Assembly (NCBI GenBank): GCA_951406725.2
Contig: OX597826.1
Coordinates: 34,658,001-34,722,000, forward strand
Length of the DNA: 64,000 nt
Direction: 5' to 3'
From: Octopus vulgaris
Lineage: Eukaryota
A program made the position numbers and the translations under genes. Positions 56,245 through 64,000 of this stretch are shown here, piece by piece. Position 1 is the stretch's first letter. Each line of letters begins with the position of its first letter. Below the pieces are notes generated by a model, which searched no databases, was not told the origin of the DNA, and saw only the letters and a list, made by a program, of their open reading frames with translations.

Positions 56245-57662
56245 TGTGTGTGTATGTGTGTGTGTGTGCATGTACGCATGTATGTATACACAGTTGAAAT
56301 AGCCAGTGATTAAAATATCGGCGCGCGTAACTTCTAAAGTACAGAACTGGAACAAAGAGTTAACTGTAATGATTTTTCTCAGAAAAATTTCTACAAGAAA
56401 ATAATGTGTTTAGATGACCATCGCTAAGTCGCTCATCGACATTCACCTCCTTCTTCTCCTGCGCATCACCACTGTCGTCGTCATCATCATCATCGTCGTC
56501 GTCGTCGTCGCGTTATCATCATCACCAGTATCATCTTCTCAGCAGCAGTAACAAAGAGAGTCCACACGCCCTGCGTTATGTTATTCACGTCTTTTCCATA
56601 TATCATCATCATCATCATCATAATTACCTTCTTTTTCTTCTACTTCTTCTACTTTTTCCCTTGCTTCTTTACCCTTAGCTTGTTTTTCATTGTTTATAAT
56701 AAGATTACGAATGTTGGAATATAATGAAGAATGAAAATCCAATGAAAATTGACTGTCAATTACTCTTTAAAATACATTCTGGTATTTAGCAAAACAGGAA
56801 ATATTGATGAGAGGAATTGTAACCTGGGCAAGAATTAAGATCATTACGAACATCTAACTTTTATTTATTAATAGGTTAAAGTTTCTATTTTGATAACTAG
56901 TTGTCAAAACTTTGACGAAATTAATCCGATGGTAAAATGATCTTTAAATGTCATTATGTTTTTGTGAACAGCTTAGCCGTTGGTTTCTATAAGAAAACTC
57001 ACTATTTTGGTTTAAATAAGATAATATTTCTGTCAAACATTCTCTATTCATCTGGTTCCATCATTTCAAACTTTACTCTATCGCTGCAGGACTCCACCCC
57101 TAATATAGCCGTAAAGGTTATCTTGTAATGTATGGCTCGTTTGGGTGTTGTTGTTTTTTTTTCTTCTTCTCTGACCTGACAGAGCCCATTCCTCCGTAGA
57201 TTTGACCATAACCAATTCGTTTCAAAAAAATACAGGCAGAAAGAGAAAGGGAGAGAGAGGGAGAAGGAGAGAGAGAGATGAAGAATGAGCAATATGAAGA
57301 GGAAAGTCGACCACGGTAGAAAACTGACACATTATTGAAATCAAAGCAATGAAAGGCAAAATTGTCTTTGGTTGAAAATTTGAACGCATGTCGTAATGAC
57401 ACAAAGCAATTACTGCTTACCTATCAATCCGCTTGCAATGAGTTTGCGTTACCGTTAATAGGCATTTGAATTTCATGGAGAGTAAATACAAGTCAGGTTT
57501 ATGGAAGAAATTTGGCTTTCGAACGTAAAGTAGATGAGATTTAAGCAGTCTTGGAGTCAAGTGGATTCATTCTGATGTGTATGTGTGCGTCTGTGTTTCT
57601 GTGTGTGTGTGTGTGTGTGTCTGTGTGTAAATATGTACTTGGGCGAACGCGCATATATATCG

Positions 57663-57834
57663 TTAGCCACTACACACATTTTTTTTCTCTCCTTGTTTTT
57701 TCTGTGTCCCTTTCTGTTGAAGAGCGTAGGCTCAAATGTAAAATACTTTTTCTATTCTTGGGCGTTATACTAATAGATCTGTTGGTTTTGTACACCACCT
57801 GTCTTCGTCTTTTGTTTTATTCGTAAACTCTCCC
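57663..57834 (+). mobile_element. H1-like short element with decayed minimal HHR
   Basis: ttt-CTGTTGA(57714)-a-gagc gtag gctc-AAAT-GTA-aaa. Pyrimidine-rich body ending in (TA)n. Confidence 0.55.
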
Positions 57835-57856
57835 TATATATATATAAATATATATA

Positions 57857-58041
57857 GTGACGTATATTTGCCATTTGAATATGGCTAACCCCTAAGGGTG
57901 GATGCTACTGTAGTTTGTAGCCCCAGGAGGACACAGAAAGTGTGTCTATAGCCAGCTGGAGGAGGTGTCCTCCTGGGCTACAAACTACAGTAGCATCCCC
58001 CCTTAGGGGTTAGCCATATTCAAATGGCAAATATACGTCAC
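57857..58041. repeat. Near-perfect 185-bp inverted repeat (78/77-nt arms, 30-nt spacer)
   Basis: gtgacgtatatttgccatttgaatatggctaacccctaaggg...ggaggacac / gtgtcctcc...ttagccatattcaaatggcaaatatacgtcac, with one substitution and one indel between arms. Confidence 0.95.
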
Positions 58042-58089
58042 GATGTGTTGCTGCTACTGTTTATAACTCGCTCTGAGATTTATTATTGT

Positions 58090-58128
<39 letters not shown>

Positions 58129-58191
58129 TTCGTAAAAAGCAACTCCGATAGAAGAAGCAGACTCTAAGATGTAGAGTAGTATATATTAAAA

Positions 58192-58378
58192 ATGGGGAAG
58201 GCTGGTTTTTGGGAGTGCCTTAGGTTTCCTGTCCATAAACGGTTTAATCTTCTGGCGTATCGTCAGATCCCAAAAACCTGTTAATGGGCCAACAGGTTTT
58301 TGAGATCTGACGATTCGCCATTAAGCTAAAGACTTTATGGATAGGAAACCTAAGGTAATCCCATAAGCCAGCCTACTC

Positions 58379-58380
<2 letters not shown>
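58192..58380. mobile_element. Foldback element (family H4) with a hammerhead in each arm
   Basis: Arms roughly 80% complementary around the loop aatgggcc. Confidence 0.85.
58301..58363 (+). ncRNA. Canonical-looking type I hammerhead ribozyme
   Basis: tgagat-CTGACGA(58307)-ttcg ccattaag ctaaaga ctttatgg atag-GAAAC-c taa g-GTA-atccca. Intact core boxes, stem III ACC/GGT, GUA triplet, stem I 5/6 paired. Confidence 0.8.
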
Positions 58381-58459
<79 letters not shown>

Positions 58460-58492
58460 TGTGTGTGTGCGTGCGTGTGTGTGTATGTGTGT

Positions 58493-58754
58493 AACAATCA
58501 TTCGGCAGCCATGATAAAATTCCGAGGTTCGGATGTCGGGGTTGAAAGCCACGCCGCCATCTCTTCAGTTATACGGCCATCCATGGCTGGATAACTGAAG
58601 AGATGGCGCCGTGGGTTTCCGCCTCAACATCCGAAACTCGGAGTTTTATCATGGCTACTGAATGATTGTCACATATTAATTTTACAGATAAATTCCTCTA
58701 TTTACATAATATCGAGGTCTCTTTCATTCTTTTGTTTTCTTAACATTTCTATCA

Positions 58755-58757
<3 letters not shown>
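58493..58757 (+). mobile_element. Family H3 foldback element (inverted repeat ~58493-58669 plus tail)
   Basis: The tail ttttacagataaattcctctatttacataatat..gaggtctctttc is the reverse complement of 51540-51585. Confidence 0.85.
58590..58650 (+). ncRNA. Type I hammerhead-like motif
   Basis: gataa-CTGAAGA(58595)-gatg...catc-c-GAAA-ctc g gag-TT-ttatc. Perfect stem I, stem II gatg/catc, near-palindromic stem III. Confidence 0.75.
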
Positions 58758-58814
<57 letters not shown>

Positions 58815-60497
58815 CGTATTTGAGTGTATATTCATGTACGTATATACATAATTCATTTACGCAAATATATATGTGAAGCGTTTATAAGTATGTTGCTCAG
58901 TTTTCTCTCTTTCTTGCTCGAAGCACCACTGGGTACCTTTGTCTGTAGTGAACAGAAATACGTTTAATAATCTCCATGTTTGTTATAAATTCGAAACGGG
59001 ATGTGAGTTATGTCGAAGACAGAATGTTAGGAATTGCTTTAAGAGAAACTCACAGGAGTTATTTAAGTTTTGTGACTTGTCGATTCAACTGTGTTACCTA
59101 CCAACATCTTATGATAGACATAGTTTAGAGGTTACTGTAAGATACAGAGGAACATAAAGCATTTACTAGAATTCATTCATATCCATCGGGTTATCAGGCA
59201 CAATTGCTTTCATTTTTGTTAACTATAAATAGAGTTTGTGTTCGCTTACTAATGCAGGTGAACTCTGTGTTAACAGAAAGAAAAAATAAGAGATTTGGTG
59301 TTCTGTTGAGATATTAAAAAATCAACAGAAAATTTATCAATTCGTCGAAAACCATTCTTATTTATTGAACATTTTTTTTTTTTAAGTTATGAGAAGATTG
59401 ATTTTCTACTGTGAATATGTTAGATAATTGAAAGACAAAATTATATCTCTATGATGGATGTTAAATCGAAAAATAAATTTGAAAAAATATAAAGAGATGT
59501 ATTTAACAGATGTTTTTGTAAAAAAAATAACAAAATATATATTATAAACTGTTTTTGCTATGATCTGATCTAAAATGATGCAGACGCAACATTTGCAGGA
59601 TACAGCAAGGCTACTGTAGTGTAAATTCAGAAATGTCATGAACTCTTAGCCTAAACGATATTTCTTTTATCATGAAACTGAAAAAGCTTTTACGGATGTT
59701 TATGTCTAGTCAGAGGAAGCGGCTGCTGGTTTCTTTGTTTCTATCTCAAATCCCCAGCAGATTTGCGCGGTAATGTCTTCTGGGAATAGAATTGGGACGC
59801 GTCCAAATATTTAACTGATAAACACTCAATATTTATAACTCTCTAATGCCAATCACCATATTCAGTATCAACAAGAAGAAATGGTTTTATTATAATCTAT
59901 CTCATGAGGAAGATCTCTAGCTGGCCATGTTAGTAAAGCGGCGCCAGACTAACAAGCACAGAAGTGACAATCCATATCCTCAAACTTTCTGGGTTTGCAC
60001 TTAAGTCACTTAACTTTAAACGGCCATGTCTACTTCAGTAATACTAGCAGCAATTGTATGACTGATAAATATTTGTCGTAGTTTATTAGGCTGGCTATAC
60101 TTTCTCAAGACTAAGACTTTATTGATATATCCACAATGCTGTAGAATGGGCAGGACCACTTGGTGGGGGTTTGCTCTGGATGCAAACTTACGATCGAGCT
60201 ATTTCAATGCAAACATATGTAGTAGTAAAATTAATGATAATAGTGCACTAACCCTCAATACTTGTCGTCCCCCTTATTACAGGTATATCTTCATCGAAAA
60301 AAGTTATTCTAAGATACAGAAGAATACAAAGCATTTACTAGGATTTATCCATATCCATCGGGTCTATCAGGCACAAATGCTTCCGTTTTTCTTGACTGAC
60401 AATAATTAAAGAGTATTCCTATTATTGTAGGTGAAAACTGTGCTAACATAATAAATCATAAATTAAACAGTGTTGGCGTGATGTTGGGATATTAAGT

Positions 60498-60640
60498 AAT
60501 CCTTTCTTATGTAGGCACAAAGCCTGACCTTTTTTGGCGGGGAAAGTATAATCGATTATATCAACCTCAGTGCTCAACTGATAATTATGCTTAGATATCG
60601 AAAGGATAAAAAGCAAAGTCGACTTCCCCAGAATTTGAAT
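60498..60640 (-). mobile_element. Old family A SINE fragment inserted in a local duplication
   Basis: ggcacaaagcctga...tcgattatatc...gaaaggataaaaagcaaagtcgacttccccagaatttgaa. Confidence 0.7.
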
Positions 60641-61471
60641 TAAATCAAAATAAAATTTATCATTTCTTTGAAAAGCATTCTTATTTATTAATTTTGTTTC
60701 TTAGTTATAAGAAGATTGATTTCTACAGTGAATATGTCAGATAATTGAGAGACAAAATTATATCAACTCACGCTTCCCCACTATTTATTCTACAACATAA
60801 CAGAATTATTATGATTTGGTGAGACTAATTTCAATATCTTTCAATTTTCATACTTAATTTTCTGTTTACTGACAGTGGTTTATAAAATGATGAGCAACAT
60901 TTATTTGTCACTCGGTGCCAATATGTTTTTGTATTTCAATGAATGTATTTTCTGGTTAGCTTCGCATAGTCACAACATTTTGCCTGGTTTAACAGAATTA
61001 CTTGGTTTTTCGGCGTGACTTGAGCAGAGTCTACGCTTTTTGGACCATGTATGAGGTTAGTCTAGGAGAAAACAATATTCTAATGCATTGAGGTAACCAG
61101 CTAACTGTTATTACACACTGCCATTTTGTCCCAAACAATCTCGGAAGCATTGCTAAAAGTTGATGGAATTGAACTTTCGATAAATAAGTCATACAATCAC
61201 ACAAACACATAATTTTCATAAGAATTTTTTCGTAAATTAAAATACTTGTGTTTAATGAGGAAAATATTTTTGCATATTAGAAAGTCACCACGGAATAACT
61301 ACCTACAACAGGTGTAAAAACCTCAACACTACGTCATTGTGCATCAGGTATGGATTTATAAAATATTTGGTAGAAACTGAAATTTGTATTTGTTGATTAT
61401 ATGCTCTCAAAACTTCCAACACTTTTCACAACATAACTTATATTTTCATCCACCCGAAACAAAATCATTAA

Positions 61472-61502
<31 letters not shown>

Positions 61503-61915
61503 GTGTGTGTGTACGTGTGTGTGTGTGGGGGGGTTGAATAAAACTCTATCTTGTTCATTAGAACGTTGAAACTAATAAAGTTTCTAATTCAAGAATACGC
61601 TTTTATCGAACCAGAATCCTCATTAATTAGAAGTGGTAGAATCGATCGTAATCCAGTGTCCCTGAAATTAGTGGGTGAGAGAAGAGACTGCCATGTGTAA
61701 TGGTAGACAGAGAAATCGATCGACTAATGGATTGGGACCAGTGAAGAGAAGTACTCGTTATTAAAATATTGGTAATACAGAGATAAAGAAAATTCTATGA
61801 GCATATGCTAATGATACATACACAAACACACACACACGCACAAATACATACATACACATATATATCAAGCAAATGTACATATATTTACATATGTGCGTAG
61901 GAATGTGCGTGAGTG

Positions 61916-61974
<59 letters not shown>

Positions 61975-61982
61975 ATATATAC

Positions 61983-62013
<31 letters not shown>

Positions 62014-62916
62014 TGTATGTATGTATGTATGAATGTATATATATACATGCATAAAGATAGAGAACTGAATATAAAGGAAAAAATGAGACTAAAGAAAGTG
62101 GAGACAGGGAAGCAAGGTAGAAAAAAATGATTTAAATAGAAACCAGATTTTAAAAATGAGTGAGTGTGTCTGTAGGCGTGGAGCAGATAAAGGGTAAAAG
62201 AAAAAAAAAAAGAGAAATGACAAGCGCACTAAGGAAAGTGAGAACGATGGGGGAAAATAAATGCTGTCAGAAAATGAGAAAAGAGGTGGGGCAGACGAGA
62301 CGATAAGAGAGTAAATGCGTATCAACTTTTTGAATATTTATCGATCCATACCCGTTTGTCATCTGATAAAGTAGAGACTGGTTTATGTTGATAACATATT
62401 TCAAATTGGAAACAAGAACTTCGTTTAGAAAACAAAGTTTATAATACTAATAATGATAATAATATTTGAAAGATAATATTCTAAAAGAAAAAAAATATAT
62501 GCGAAACCCTTGTAAGTAACAAAAGATATATGAGCCATTAGAAAATTTGTTTTCAAACAGCTATGATATATGATCTTTTAAAAATATAAGTGCATATACT
62601 ATAAAGTAAGCAACATAGACTATAGACTAAAATACATGGTATATCCTAAAATAAACTCATAAGTTACGCGTTAACTTAAACACTTAACGAAAATACAATT
62701 CATAAAAGCAGTGTGGGAGAGGGTTACCGGGTGTAGTCATTGGTTAGCAATATTTCTTTCTTTCCATATTACAAGAAAAGAGTATATTCTTTTAAGAAAT
62801 TTGACTTTCAAAACCAAAATATTCACCCAAAATGACAAATATAAGTAACATTGTGGATAAGACATCGGTGATTGGAATAGTTTGCTTAGAAATATACTAT
62901 ATGTTACAAAACTGAA

Positions 62917-63012
<96 letters not shown>

Positions 63013-63043
63013 TGTATCATTAGCATGTGCTCATAGAAAACAT

Positions 63044-63206
63044 AGGGGCAGGAGTGGCTGTGTAGTAACTAGCTTGCATCGCGACCACATGGTTCCGAGT
63101 TCAGTCCCACTACGTAGCACCTTGTGCAAATGTCTTCTACCATAGCCTCGGGCCGACCAAAGCCTTGTAAGTGGATTTGGTAGACCGAAACTGAAAGAAG
63201 CCCGTC

Positions 63207-63237
<31 letters not shown>

Positions 63238-63546
63238 TGCATGTATAAATGTATATACGTATATATGTATGTATGCATGCATGTATGTATGTATGTATAT
63301 ATGTATGTATGTATGAATGTATGTATGTATATGTTTGTATGTCTGTGTTTATCTCCCTCCAACATCGCTTGACGACCGATGCTGGTGTGTTTACATCCCC
63401 TTAACCTGGCGGTTCGGCAAAAGAAAATAATAGAATAAGTACTAGGCTTACAAAGAATAAGTCCTGGGATCGATTTGCTCGACTAAAGGCGGTGCTCCAG
63501 CATGGCCGCAGTCAAATGATTGAAACCGATAAAAGAATAAAAGAAT
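63044..63546 (+). mobile_element. SINE family B, full length
   Basis: ggggcaggagtggctgtgtagtaa...gagttcagtcccact...ctccagcatggccgcagtcaaatgattgaaac..aaaagaataaaagaata. Confidence 0.92.
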
Positions 63547-64000
63547 ATTTGCCAGGTAAGAAGGCTCTGTGAACATTAACTACACCAAGAGGAATATATT
63601 TACATACCGTCATGTAAGATTTGCAAAGTAAATTAAGTCCATCAAAACACATTTTTTTCAGTACAGGCATCATCTGGTATTGTACGGAGAGCATAGGTAT
63701 ATGTAAGATTCTGGCAGAGGTTAATATTCTGGTTTACACCCTTAGTGTGAATGTTAGATCGGTGTTACCCCACTAGGACGAATGCTAGATTAAACTAACT
63801 TCTTATAATAATCTTAATAAATTTTTTTCCATTAAATTTTATATAAATGAAACACACACACTCATTTTATCTCTCTCCCTCTCTCCCCTTCTCTCCCTCT
63901 TTCTCTCTCCCTTTCTCTCTAGCTCTCTCTCTCTCTCTCTCAATATGACAATTAAATGTACCCGAGCCCTAGATAAATCGGCTCGGAGGAAGGAATGTTA

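Noticed and set aside
57050-57500. Possible exons (cag|GACTCC on +, AG|gtaagc on -)
   Set aside because: Only single splice-like sites with no matching partner or coherent frame.

Overview
AT-rich, microsatellite-saturated eukaryotic DNA, intronic or intergenic. The SINE families and the density of (TA)n/(CA)n/(TATC)n tracts point to a coleoid cephalopod, most likely Octopus (inferred from repeat content). No host protein-coding gene can be called, and nearly all supplied ORFs are translated microsatellites. The window holds about 25 tRNA-derived SINE copies of 3-4 families, two non-autonomous Helitrons, an internally deleted mariner, two hAT MITEs with 8-bp TSDs, and decayed non-LTR retrotransposon fragments (R4/Dong-like, HERO-like, RTE-like). 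The most striking signal is about 17 hammerhead-ribozyme (HHR)-like motifs (CUGANGA...GAAA...NUH, many with recognisable stems I-III) in short non-coding elements almost always embedded in (TA)n/(TG)n tracts. Several are long foldbacks with an HHR-like motif on each strand, one has a tRNA/Pol III head with an HHR tail, and one family shows a circularly permuted (type II-like) core. I infer a diverse population of non-autonomous Penelope-dependent, retrozyme-like elements. All calls are by eye and boundaries are approximate unless TIRs or TSDs are given.
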